Positions 19,568 through 28,714 of a DNA stretch of 64,000 nucleotides are shown here, piece after piece. The position numbers were made by a program, and so were the translations under genes. Position 1 is the stretch's first letter. Each line of letters opens with the position of its first letter. The stretch spans positions 1-64,000 of IMG/VR virus record IMGVR_UViG_3300020048_003360. One strand, 5' to 3'. The notes under the pieces were generated by a model that ran no database searches, was not told the origin of the DNA, and saw nothing but the letters and a program-made list of their open reading frames with translations. The stretch comes from a virus (Duplodnaviria > Caudoviricetes).

Positions 19568-20513
19568 CAGGATCTTCTCCATAGGGATCATAAGGATCTT
19601 CTCCATAGGGATCAATAGATTCTGCTAATATAGCTGTACGCACTACTACAATATCTAAACCAACAGTTGTTGGAATAGCTAATAATTGAAAATTATCTGA
19701 TGATATATTTGCATCAAATGAAGCCAGTGCATTATTTCCAGTGTAAAATTCATATAGTGTTAATAAATACACTGACTGTCCATATATCACACACGTTAAC
19801 TCAGTACACTGTATACTGTCGATATGTCTAACTTGTATTAGATACTTAATCGTACTATAGAGTGAGGCAGGAACAAAATCAATTACTTGATTTGGTATTG
19901 TGTTTTCTAGTGATGTATTTACAGAACTAATAATAACATTAGTTAATTCCATACTGTTACTAATACCAGTTTTAGCTGTATTCGTAATAGTAATTGTTTT
20001 TGCTACATTATCAAATGTTAATTCAATTCCATCGCCAGCTACTATATTTAATTGTTCTTGATTACCGCGTGTTAATTTTAACTCCTCACCATCGCCAATA
20101 GTAAGATCGTCTATATGTAGATTACTAGTACCAATTACAGCTATGGTCCCACTTCTTGCCGAACTAAATAATAGTCTAAATGAATTATTATCTATTGGTA
20201 TTAACTGTAATGGAGTGATAAGTACTCCATTATTGTCTTTTACTTGATAATAATAATCTGTAGTATTTAAATCATGCTGAACTAACCAACTGACAGTAAG
20301 TTCAGATTGTGTACCGACATAGTTACTAACTGTATTGTGTTGACTAATGGAATACCATTTCAATACGCCAGCTACCGTAATATAGGCATATAAATCTAGC
20401 CCCTTCATTACCAACATGCCTGGAGTAGGATTAGTAGGAAAATCAATATTGGCTTCATCTAAAACTATAACGCCATTTGATAGGTTTCCTACTATAGAGA
20501 TTTGATTTGACAT
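19557..20513 (-). CDS. Short paralogue of 16616..18817 lacking the stalk
   Basis: NQISIVGNL..FPTNPTPG...LYAYITVAGV.KWY matches the 733-aa N-terminus; WLVQHDLNT domain; shared C-terminal STIKYLIQV...VVRTAI. Confidence 0.75.
   Translation of the reverse strand: MSNQISIVGNLSNGVIVLDEANIDFPTNPTPGMLVMKGLDLYAYITVAGVLKWYSISQHNTVSNYVGTQSELTVSWLVQHDLNTTDYYYQVKDNNGVLITPLQLIPIDNNSFRLLFSSARSGTIAVIGTSNLHIDDLTIGDGEELKLTRGNQEQLNIVAGDGIELTFDNVAKTITITNTAKTGISNSMELTNVIISSVNTSLENTIPNQVIDFVPASLYSTIKYLIQVRHIDSIQCTELTCVIYGQSVYLLTLYEFYTGNNALASFDANISSDNFQLLAIPTTVGLDIVVVRTAILAESIDPYGEDPYDPYGEDPDGS
19570..19614. repeat. 21-bp identical direct repeat, period 24 nt
   Basis: ggatcttctccatagggatca at 19570-19590 and 19594-19614, encoding the C-terminal DPYGEDPY-DPYGEDPD. 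Confidence 0.9.
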
Positions 20514-20530
20514 CCTACTAATCCTTAATA

Positions 20531-20962
20531 TTAAGCTGCATTAGGCAGCGATTGTTGTGTCCCTACAAAGTACGCATCACCATTTAGTACTTTAATCACT
20601 ATATCCAAGTAGATATATTGCTGTCTAATAGTTTTTAACTTTACTTCTGGTGTCTGTACTATTGAATCCATTGTAATTTGTATCTTATCAATCCACGCTT
20701 CCATTTGTTTTGGATTGATATTTTTACTAATATACAAACGCATAGCTGGTGGACGTACTAATGGCATTGTCTTACTACTTAGAATACCTTCCATCCATCT
20801 ATATTTTTTCTTTACAGACACCACATAATCAAAAAATATCTTACGTTGGGCAGATGATTTAAAATCTATTTCAGTAGATAGATTTCGTAATATCTTTAAA
20901 CTATCTTGAATATTGCTATGGGCTGCTTTAAATTCAGTAGCTACTTCTTCGCTCATAATCAT
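20531..20962 (-). CDS. Hypothetical protein (143 aa)
   Basis: Clean ORF with an ATGA overlap with the upstream stop; no recognised motif. Confidence 0.7.
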   Translation of the reverse strand: MIMSEEVATEFKAAHSNIQDSLKILRNLSTEIDFKSSAQRKIFFDYVVSVKKKYRWMEGILSSKTMPLVRPPAMRLYISKNINPKQMEAWIDKIQITMDSIVQTPEVKLKTIRQQYIYLDIVIKVLNGDAYFVGTQQSLPNAA

Positions 20963-21516
20963 GGATTACTACTCCAAGTAATAGCCAATACTTCTTCTGG
21001 TGTAGTGGCATTTGAAATAAAATAACGTTTATAATTAAAGTTCATGAGTAAAGCTAATTTATAAGCAGCACCATCCGCCATTACTTGTCTAAATTGAGTA
21101 TGTGTGTGTGGCTTATAATCTTTTGGTTGCGTTATGTTATCAATAACTTCACGTACTGCATAATACATTAGACCACCATCTGGTTCAGTAGGTGTGGGTA
21201 ATGTAGATGTAGTTGCACCAATGAGGTTTAATTGATCTACTTCATCGCTATCGTATATGTGTCGACTACCTAATGCACTACTAAAAAAACCCCCTCTAAT
21301 AGCGTCTTGACAGATAGTACTTAGGTTATCTATAGCGGTGATTTTTAGATCCTCGAATATAAAGTCATCTAAAACTGCTTTACTTGGAATATAGTCACCA
21401 CCATCATGTATTAGTGATTCGTATTTCTCTAACATTGTACCATTAATTGCGGTACCGGTGCAGTGTACAAATACAGTTGGAAAATACTTACCTATGCATT
21501 CAACGTAACCTAACAT
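20959..21516 (-). CDS. DUF4376-like tail-fibre-associated/assembly protein
   Basis: FSSALGSRHIYDSDEVDQLNLIG, HTHTQFRQVMADG, ISNATTPEEVLAITW. Confidence 0.65.
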   Translation of the reverse strand: MLGYVECIGKYFPTVFVHCTGTAINGTMLEKYESLIHDGGDYIPSKAVLDDFIFEDLKITAIDNLSTICQDAIRGGFFSSALGSRHIYDSDEVDQLNLIGATTSTLPTPTEPDGGLMYYAVREVIDNITQPKDYKPHTHTQFRQVMADGAAYKLALLMNFNYKRYFISNATTPEEVLAITWSSNP

Positions 21517-21517
21517 C

Positions 21518-22408
21518 TTATTGTCCCCTTATTGTCCAGCTATTCAAACAGCTAGGACCACCTACAGTAGCTGACGATGTACGTCCTAGATACCATGTGG
21601 CAGCACCAGAAACACCTATCCTACAAGAATACACGACTGGAGTAGTGGTATTTGGTGAATCTACCACACTAAATCCAATTGATTGTGGCCTATTGGCACT
21701 GTTGCCATTAACACATGCAAAGGCAATCAGTGTACTGCCTCTAAATAAAGTTAATGTTATTGTTCTGTTATTTGTATTAGTGTCTACAGTCGTAAGAAAA
21801 TTAATATCAAATTTTTCATTACTACTTAGTGGCGTTATGGATTGACTCCATAGTTGAGATCCACTGGTTACCAATGGAGGCGTATTATCTACCGCTATTT
21901 GTGTCGATCCAGACATCATCCCTACACTACCACTAAAAAATCGTGAGTTAGTGGTCATAGCTGCAGCAATCGCACTTTTTACAAACGCAGTATTTGCCAC
22001 ATTGGATGAATTATCAGTAGTGACCATTGTTGGTACAGTTACTGGTGTAGCGATAGTTAGGCCTGCTGTAGACATCATCATCTGATAGGGTCCTTCAGAC
22101 GTACCCCAGAGTAATCTACCGTATAGATTTCTATACGCTAAATCACCAGCCAATGAGTTACTACACCAATCGCCATTAACAAAACAATATCCTAACCATG
22201 CATTATCACCAGGTTCGCCACTACCAAAAGCAGATGGTCCATTAGTAGGTAAACTAACCCATAATCCTTGATTGGGATTAAATATAGTAGTTTCAAGCTG
22301 CCTGTCTTCTGGACCCGTTACTAAGCTCACAACACTAAGCGTATCACTTGCTTGCAACTGCTGTATATCACCATTACTATCTAAGACTAAAGGTATTCTC
22401 TGTGCCAT
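21518..22408 (-). CDS. Short fibre-like virion protein
   Basis: TDNSSNVANTAFVKSAI fibre motif; N-terminus MAQRIPLVLDSNGDIQQLQASD shared with 22472..23875. Confidence 0.65.
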   Translation of the reverse strand: MAQRIPLVLDSNGDIQQLQASDTLSVVSLVTGPEDRQLETTIFNPNQGLWVSLPTNGPSAFGSGEPGDNAWLGYCFVNGDWCSNSLAGDLAYRNLYGRLLWGTSEGPYQMMMSTAGLTIATPVTVPTMVTTDNSSNVANTAFVKSAIAAAMTTNSRFFSGSVGMMSGSTQIAVDNTPPLVTSGSQLWSQSITPLSSNEKFDINFLTTVDTNTNNRTITLTLFRGSTLIAFACVNGNSANRPQSIGFSVVDSPNTTTPVVYSCRIGVSGAATWYLGRTSSATVGGPSCLNSWTIRGQ

Positions 22409-22421
22409 AGTGTGCCTCTTA

Positions 22422-22462
22422 AAATAATCTACTATTTTGATACCTAAAATAGTAGATTATTT
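22422..22462. terminator. Stem-loop terminator
   Basis: aaataatctactatttt...aaaatagtagattattt. Confidence 0.7.
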
Positions 22463-22471
22463 AGTACTTAA

Positions 22472-23875
22472 TTATAGTTGAATTCTAGCACCAACCGATA
22501 CTTTAAGTTTAGTAGTGCTTAGTGCCTGACCTATTCTGACTACATAACCAGATGTGGGCACTACAGTGGTGATTCTACCAGCAACAGTATTGCTTAGGAA
22601 ATAAGCAGCACCAGGTACTAGACCACCAGATCCACCAACTACAGCATCCCATTGAGCCGCAGTGGCCTCCATAGTGCTGCCTGTATTCACAGTACCACTA
22701 GCACCATTACTAATAGTAGTGGAGACTAATCCAACTGGTAGTGATGTAGCGGCAATATCAGCTCTAGATAACTTAAATGTATTGGAAGAATCAGTATAGA
22801 CACAACTACAAATTGGTACACTAGCGCCTTGATTATTCGTCAGTAGTGTGAGCGATGGTGCAATAACTCCAGCAAAAATAGGAACGTCAGTAGAACTTAG
22901 ACCTAATGAAGTGAGCGCTCCTGGGACTGTAGATGCACCAGTACCACCATTAGCAACAGCCACTACACCAGTAACGTTACTGGCAGTACCGGTAGTATTC
23001 TGATTTAGTATTGGAAAATCAGCAGGTACAGCAATGCTAGGAGCACCAGTACCGGTGGTATTTTTAAGAATACCAGTGGCTAGAGTAGATAGCTGAACAC
23101 CATTTAGTCTACGCACCGTAACCGTAATGTCGGTACTACCACTACCAGTAGCATCCCCACTGAGTGTAATGTTTTGGTTAGCTGAAATAAATCCATCTGG
23201 ATTACTTGCGTTATATGGAACATATCCAAATCCACCAGATTCAATAGACCAATTACTAGCTATTTGACCAGGAGCATCCTCTAGTGCCCGTACAGTACCA
23301 CCTACAGAAAATCCAAGTAATGGACCAGATGTAGCAACAGTACCAATTGTCCAGATATCTCCCTTTAAAATAGCTCCAGAAGCACCACTACCACCAGCTA
23401 CTGGATATGTATTAATAGAAGCATTAAATGAACCACGATCATCCCATAGGCCTACTACTAGACTCTCAGCATATGTGTTAGCGGTTGTTAGTATAGCACT
23501 ATCTGCTGCAGCTTGAGCAGTAGATACTGGTTTATTAATATCAGACGTATTATCAACATCACCTAAACCAACTAAAGCTTTAGTGATTGTTATATTAGTA
23601 GATAGTGCTAGTCCATTTACAGTGGTGGTCTTAGGTACTGCTGCATCAGCAACTGCTTGAGCAGCTGCAACACTACTTGTCAAAGTTGCTTCTGCTGATG
23701 TAGCTCTGTTAGTCTCGGCAGTTAAAGCTAGTGCAGATGCCGCACCTAGCGAGATTAGTGCGTCACCAGCAGTAATGGCACCAGTACCGCCATTGGCAAT
23801 ATCTACATAATCGCCAGTCTGCATTAATTGTAATTCTGCATTTACGTCTAGAGTTAGTGGTTTTTTAATAGCCAT
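22472..23875 (-). CDS. Fibre-like protein with a C-terminal decoration/cement-like domain
   Basis: Likely start ATG 23875 (MAIKKPLTLD). Contains ANGGTGA and DVDNTSDINKPVSTAQ motifs. C-terminus: SLPVGLV...GLVPGAAYFLSNTVAGRITT.VP..GYVVRIGQALSTTKL. Confidence 0.65.
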   Translation of the reverse strand: MAIKKPLTLDVNAELQLMQTGDYVDIANGGTGAITAGDALISLGAASALALTAETNRATSAEATLTSSVAAAQAVADAAVPKTTTVNGLALSTNITITKALVGLGDVDNTSDINKPVSTAQAAADSAILTTANTYAESLVVGLWDDRGSFNASINTYPVAGGSGASGAILKGDIWTIGTVATSGPLLGFSVGGTVRALEDAPGQIASNWSIESGGFGYVPYNASNPDGFISANQNITLSGDATGSGSTDITVTVRRLNGVQLSTLATGILKNTTGTGAPSIAVPADFPILNQNTTGTASNVTGVVAVANGGTGASTVPGALTSLGLSSTDVPIFAGVIAPSLTLLTNNQGASVPICSCVYTDSSNTFKLSRADIAATSLPVGLVSTTISNGASGTVNTGSTMEATAAQWDAVVGGSGGLVPGAAYFLSNTVAGRITTVVPTSGYVVRIGQALSTTKLKVSVGARIQL

Positions 23876-23895
23876 TTTAACATCCATATTAAAAA

Positions 23896-24588
23896 TTAAA
23901 GGGTTATAGTTCTATCTACTTTAACTATAAATTCAGTGGTAGATATAGACCTACCTAATAAACAACAATATTGAGAATTACTAACTAATGGTGATGTTGT
24001 TATTTTTCCTGAATTTACACTAAGAAAGTAATTTGTATTTGGAATTAGTTCAGTAAAAGTATCTGTAACCATAGCCCATTGTTCCACAGTTCCCACTATT
24101 CTACCGTGTAGTGTTATTTCTCCACTACCGCCATTACTTAAAATAGTATTATTAGATACAAATCCAAGTACGTTCTTTTCTACTATATCGTTAGCTGACG
24201 CTGGACCCACTGAGCCATCAGCTAATAAATAAACTGGTTGACCAAATAATAAATTATTATTTGTATTATTTAATACTGTATTTCTCAATACACTACTTAT
24301 TGCTTCGCTAATTGAAACGGTAGTAGCGTTAATTATTGATGTGGCGTTATCATTAATTTGATTACTTATTACGTTTAAATCACCATCATGTAGTAAGCGT
24401 CTTATTACTGGAAAATATCCAGCTAATTCATTATAACTTACCCTACTTAAGGCAGCATTATACCAAAGTTTAAATAGATGCTCATTATTGGGATCCATTA
24501 AACGCTGTTCTAATTCAAAATTACGTACCTCAGTATCACTTCCCTTAAGGTTGATGGCCCCATGGATCTTTATGCCGTCGGTGCTCAC
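23896..24588 (-). CDS. Adaptor-like protein: N-terminus shared with 24664..26454, C-terminal cement-like domain shared with 22472..23875
   Basis: KIHGAINL...NFELEQ..DP...LWYN; GQPVYLLADG...NVLGFV...LIPNTNYFLS..GKITT.P...LGRSISTT. Confidence 0.65.
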   Translation of the reverse strand: MSTDGIKIHGAINLKGSDTEVRNFELEQRLMDPNNEHLFKLWYNAALSRVSYNELAGYFPVIRRLLHDGDLNVISNQINDNATSIINATTVSISEAISSVLRNTVLNNTNNNLLFGQPVYLLADGSVGPASANDIVEKNVLGFVSNNTILSNGGSGEITLHGRIVGTVEQWAMVTDTFTELIPNTNYFLSVNSGKITTSPLVSNSQYCCLLGRSISTTEFIVKVDRTITL

Positions 24589-24615
24589 AGTGCCTCTCTC
24601 CTTAACGTAGATGAA

Positions 24616-24650
24616 ATAAAAGGGAAACCATTTACTGGTTTCCCTTTTAT
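24616..24650. terminator. Stem-loop terminator
   Basis: ataaaagggaaacca-tttac-tggtttcccttttat. Confidence 0.75.
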
Positions 24651-24663
24651 AGTGGTTTAGCTA

Positions 24664-26454
24664 TTATAGTGCAGCGTTAGACTGACCAGAAGCCTTAACA
24701 TCACTAGACTCAGTCAAAGTGATGGTGTAGCTATTGAGGTCGACATCTTGAACAGGCATGATGTCGTTACGCCAGATACCATCACTACCCTTAACCATAA
24801 TGTTAGCAGAATAGAACTGGGTACCGAGGTTATGAGTAACGGTATGGACCAATGCTGGTGCGCTAGACATGTAGGTGTAACGCTTAGCATTCAAGCTAGC
24901 GGTAAGAGCAACAGCACCATCACCAGCAGACGCAGCTAGTGCACTAACTTGTGCTTGTAGATCTGCTTCAGCGGCAGTAGCACGAGTAACTTCACCAGCT
25001 AGGTTGGTGGTCAATACACCTTCAGCAGCAGTTGCACGAGTTACTTCGGCAGCTAGATTGGTGGTTAGTGTGTTGACAGATGCGGTGGTGGCTGCAGTGA
25101 TGCCTGCTTCAGCAGCTAGAGCGCGAGTTACTTCGTCAGTAATCTGGGTCTGTAGGTTAGGAATAGCTGAAGTGTTAATGGCATTAATTTCATTAGCATT
25201 AACCTTGATAGCGGCATCCAAAGCCATGTCAGCACCAGCAAGGGTAGTGGTGCTACCGATGTAGTTACTACCGACTGGCTGAGCGTAGGTACCATCGCCA
25301 TTTAGACCAGCTGCGGTCTCAATAGCGTCGAGTTCAGTTTGGTGTGCGTTATCAGCAGTAGTGCGTGCTAGTACTTCAGCAGCAATAGCGGCATCGTGAG
25401 CTAGGTCGGCATCAGTACGAGCAACAGTTTCGGCAGCAATAGCAACTTCATTGGCCTTAACTGCAGTGTCCAATAGCTTAGAAGCGGCTAGAAGACTAGG
25501 TGCGGCGTTAATATAGTTGGTATCTGCAATGACAGCCAAAGTACCGTTGAGTTCTAGACCAGAAGCAACTTCGATTGCGTCGATTTCAGCTTGTTGAGCA
25601 GTGTCGGCAGCAATACGAGCAGCGGCTTCAGAAGCATCAGCATTAGCATTGTCAGTAACGGCAGCATTGACATAAGCAGTAAGCTGAGTCTGTAGGCTAG
25701 TGTCAGCGGCAATACGGGCGGTTTCTTCAGCAGTTAGTGCTGCACCAAGAATAGAGTCTTGATTGGTAGAACGAGCTACCTCAGCAGTGATAGCTGCATC
25801 TAGAGCAATGTCAGCACCTTTCTGGGTGGTAACCGCACCTAGATAAGTGGTATTGGCAGGTGCGGTGTAAGTACCATCAGAATTTAGACCGAGGGAAACT
25901 TCCATTAGGTCAACTTCAGCTTGGGTCGTATCAATACGAACGCCTAGAGCTAGATCAGCAGCTTCACGAACACTGGCTTCAGCACCTAATGCGGTAGTTG
26001 CATTAGCGGCATCAGCAACGTTAGCAGCAGCAGCATCAGCAGCCACTACAGCATCAGCAGCAATACGAGCGGTTGCTTCAGCAGCATCGCCAGCAATACG
26101 AGCAGACGCTTCGGTAGCTAGATCAGCAGCTAAAGCAGCTTCGGCAGCTAGAGCACGAGTAGCTTCAGCGGCAATAGCGGTATTAGCAGTATCGCCTAGA
26201 TTGGTGATAGAGGTATTGATGGCGCTAACTGCAGCAGCTAGTGCCTCAGCAGAACCAAAAGTATTGACACGTAGTGCACCACCAGAATCTACGTCGCAAT
26301 ATTTGTATGCTTTTTGAGCAGTGTTGTACCAGCTGCGACCAGCAACTAGAGGAATTGCATCAGTAGATAGCGGATCTACTGCTAGATGCTCAATAACTAG
26401 ATTGGCAAACTTGCTATTGAGTGCTAGTTGAATACCATGGAACTTATGTGACAT
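24664..26454 (-). CDS. Ala-rich coiled-coil fibre (596 aa) with C-terminal HNL domain
   Basis: Many AAEVTRATAAE/EAAARIAAD repeats; three IE...GLN.DGTY..P...YLG..T....AD.ALDAA turns; C-terminal VHTVTHNLGT. Confidence 0.75.
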   Translation of the reverse strand: MSHKFHGIQLALNSKFANLVIEHLAVDPLSTDAIPLVAGRSWYNTAQKAYKYCDVDSGGALRVNTFGSAEALAAAVSAINTSITNLGDTANTAIAAEATRALAAEAALAADLATEASARIAGDAAEATARIAADAVVAADAAAANVADAANATTALGAEASVREAADLALGVRIDTTQAEVDLMEVSLGLNSDGTYTAPANTTYLGAVTTQKGADIALDAAITAEVARSTNQDSILGAALTAEETARIAADTSLQTQLTAYVNAAVTDNANADASEAAARIAADTAQQAEIDAIEVASGLELNGTLAVIADTNYINAAPSLLAASKLLDTAVKANEVAIAAETVARTDADLAHDAAIAAEVLARTTADNAHQTELDAIETAAGLNGDGTYAQPVGSNYIGSTTTLAGADMALDAAIKVNANEINAINTSAIPNLQTQITDEVTRALAAEAGITAATTASVNTLTTNLAAEVTRATAAEGVLTTNLAGEVTRATAAEADLQAQVSALAASAGDGAVALTASLNAKRYTYMSSAPALVHTVTHNLGTQFYSANIMVKGSDGIWRNDIMPVQDVDLNSYTITLTESSDVKASGQSNAAL

Positions 26455-26514
26455 GTTGAATACCTTTTATAAAAGATGGTTGGGTTTACTACTATTAGTA
26501 AATGCACTTACTAA

Positions 26515-27534
26515 TTATTGGCAAGAATTCAAATAGAATGTTACATACGCAACACCTACTTCTGGATCCGTAAAGTGTATCGTAAATTCACTATTATTGA
26601 TATGGTCAACAGAGCTCTCATGTACAGTATCGCCATTACTATTTTTTATAATGGTAGAAAATGCACATGTTCCTATATTGTGTCTAATATTCCAGGATAC
26701 ACTCGGAGATGTAAATGGATATATCGCCACTATAGTGCCGTGTGCCGAAGCTATTATGTTCGCAAGTGCAGTCTGACTAACCAATAGTGCTGCTTGATTA
26801 GCTGCTAAAGCAATTTGCGTTTGTAATAATAGTTCATTAATATCTGCTGTACTTAATGCTTCTAATGAAGCTAAAGCATTTTGGGTAGCAGATATCAAAC
26901 TATTCACTTCAGCTTGACCTGAACTTAATAAATTATTTACAGCAGTTTGACTATTATTAACTAAATAATCAATTCCAGTTTCTGCTGCAGAAACCATTGA
27001 GGAAACTGCATCTTGACTAGAATTTAATAATGTACTTAACTGAGTCTGACTGCTGTTTATTAGTGTTGCTACATCAGCATTACCATTAGCCACTAAGGCA
27101 TCTATACTAGCCTGAGTATTGGTAATTAATGAAGCCAGTATTGTGTCATCACTGGCTAATTCTGCAGCTACTGCAGCATGAATAACGTCTATAGCTTCAG
27201 TTTGTGCAGCATGAATGGAATCAATAGCTGTCTGATTACTATCGAGTACTGTAGCAATAGCGGCATTACTATTATTAATTACTGTTTGTCCAGCTGTTAT
27301 TATCGCAGCTATTTCATCATTACCACTACTGATCATTGCGTCAATAGTGGCCTGGCTGGTACTTGTAAAGTTACCAAGAGTAGCTAGAGCGTCAGCAGCT
27401 ATCTTAGCTAATGATGGATAATTACCATCACCCCCTACAACTGTTACACTAGCATCACCCTTAACAAAATCGTGTACTAGTTTTACATCATTTTGAAACG
27501 AGTTTAATAAATCATTTAAGTTGGTAGCTGACAT
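26515..27534 (-). CDS. Coiled-coil fibre/spike with N-terminal attachment motif and C-terminal HNL domain
   Basis: N-terminal VHDFVKGDASVTVVGGDGNYPSLAK (tailspike-type attachment motif as recalled), long amphipathic helix, C-terminal SWNIRHNIGT...NEFTIHFTDPEVG. Confidence 0.65.
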   Translation of the reverse strand: MSATNLNDLLNSFQNDVKLVHDFVKGDASVTVVGGDGNYPSLAKIAADALATLGNFTSTSQATIDAMISSGNDEIAAIITAGQTVINNSNAAIATVLDSNQTAIDSIHAAQTEAIDVIHAAVAAELASDDTILASLITNTQASIDALVANGNADVATLINSSQTQLSTLLNSSQDAVSSMVSAAETGIDYLVNNSQTAVNNLLSSGQAEVNSLISATQNALASLEALSTADINELLLQTQIALAANQAALLVSQTALANIIASAHGTIVAIYPFTSPSVSWNIRHNIGTCAFSTIIKNSNGDTVHESSVDHINNSEFTIHFTDPEVGVAYVTFYLNSCQ

Positions 27535-27559
27535 TATTTAACCTCCATATCAGCCATAG

Positions 27560-28060
27560 TTAACTCAGATACCCAAGTGTCGGAAATTCAACATTCACTA
27601 AATCATTTAAAGCATTAGCAATTGTTGGGAATCCCATAAATAAGGATAGATTAGTTTCACCTACCCAATTTATGGAAGTTGGCTTTGCCTGTAAAGACAT
27701 AGTCACAATATCGCCTATCCTCATATTAGGTATGTTCAATGCCACTATATCTGTATCCGATAAGAAAATACAATTCCTATCAGAATTTAATAAAGAAATA
27801 GCACTATCACTGGTAAACTGAGTATCTGAAAAAAGCCAGACTGTGCTGTTTAAGTCTAAGAAATTAATACGCTCATAAAATAGAGTTACTTCACCGACAT
27901 AACCAGATCCGGCTATTGAACTAACAATAATTTTTGTATTTCCATTACCATTATTATTTACTTCTGGTGGTGAAAATGAAATATTATCAAGAGTAAAAGG
28001 ATGTGTTGTTGGGTTAGCGGCATTAATTAAACTAAGAAGTTGGTCGTACTGTGAGGACAT
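27560..28060 (-). CDS. phiKZ-type small virion structural protein (paralogue of 28071..28634)
   Basis: LLSLINAANP...NTKIIV.S..GSGY.G.VTLFYERI. Confidence 0.6.
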   Translation of the reverse strand: MSSQYDQLLSLINAANPTTHPFTLDNISFSPPEVNNNGNGNTKIIVSSIAGSGYVGEVTLFYERINFLDLNSTVWLFSDTQFTSDSAISLLNSDRNCIFLSDTDIVALNIPNMRIGDIVTMSLQAKPTSINWVGETNLSLFMGFPTIANALNDLVNVEFPTLGYLS

Positions 28061-28070
28061 AATCCAGCCT

Positions 28071-28634
28071 TTAGTAGTTAATTAATGCATGTAGTGGAGG
28101 TTTGGTATAAAACAAACCATTTAAGATAGGGTTATGCAATATGACACTAAGTATTAACTGACCGGCTTTTTCTATTTTTAAAGTAAGTTTGTTAATAAAT
28201 ATTAATGATGATTCAGCCATGATTAAATCGATATCGATTTGTTCATTGGGTATATTACCTATAATTGGTAATGTACTATTAATATAATCAACTGAAGTTA
28301 AACGTATACCGAATCTATTATTTATAGCTTCTATTATGTCAGATAAGGTAACTTCATCTTCTAAACCAAAAACTACACTCTTACCAATAGCTAACTCAGC
28401 TATATCTACTCTATTGTAACGTAATGTAGCTTTGCCTGTAAAATAACTACCTACAGCAGGACTAACAGTGACTTTAGAATTATGTCTACCAGATTGAACT
28501 AAAGTGGGTATACCAAATACTAATTCGTTTGGTTTAAATCTAGTACCATTATCATTATTTATTAAGTTTATTACTAACTGTTCTGGTGGTAATTGATAAT
28601 CTAAATTTACAAATGGAATGGCATTAATAAACAT
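28071..28634 (-). CDS. phiKZ-type small virion structural protein
   Basis: LVINLINNDN...FG.P...NSKVTV.P..GSYF.G.ATLRYNRV, the same pattern as its neighbour. Confidence 0.6.
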   Translation of the reverse strand: MFINAIPFVNLDYQLPPEQLVINLINNDNGTRFKPNELVFGIPTLVQSGRHNSKVTVSPAVGSYFTGKATLRYNRVDIAELAIGKSVVFGLEDEVTLSDIIEAINNRFGIRLTSVDYINSTLPIIGNIPNEQIDIDLIMAESSLIFINKLTLKIEKAGQLILSVILHNPILNGLFYTKPPLHALINY

Positions 28635-28714
28635 AACTAATTTCCTTCATTTGTAAGTAGAATAAAAAATACTGGTTAACCACATACCATTAATCTCTTA
28701 TTCGACCTACAGAG

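Noticed and set aside
19568-19615. N-terminal MIPMEKILMIPMEKIL of the GT in the ORF track
   Set aside because: Alternate-frame reading of the 24-nt repeat in the upstream gene; ATG 19567 is the better start.
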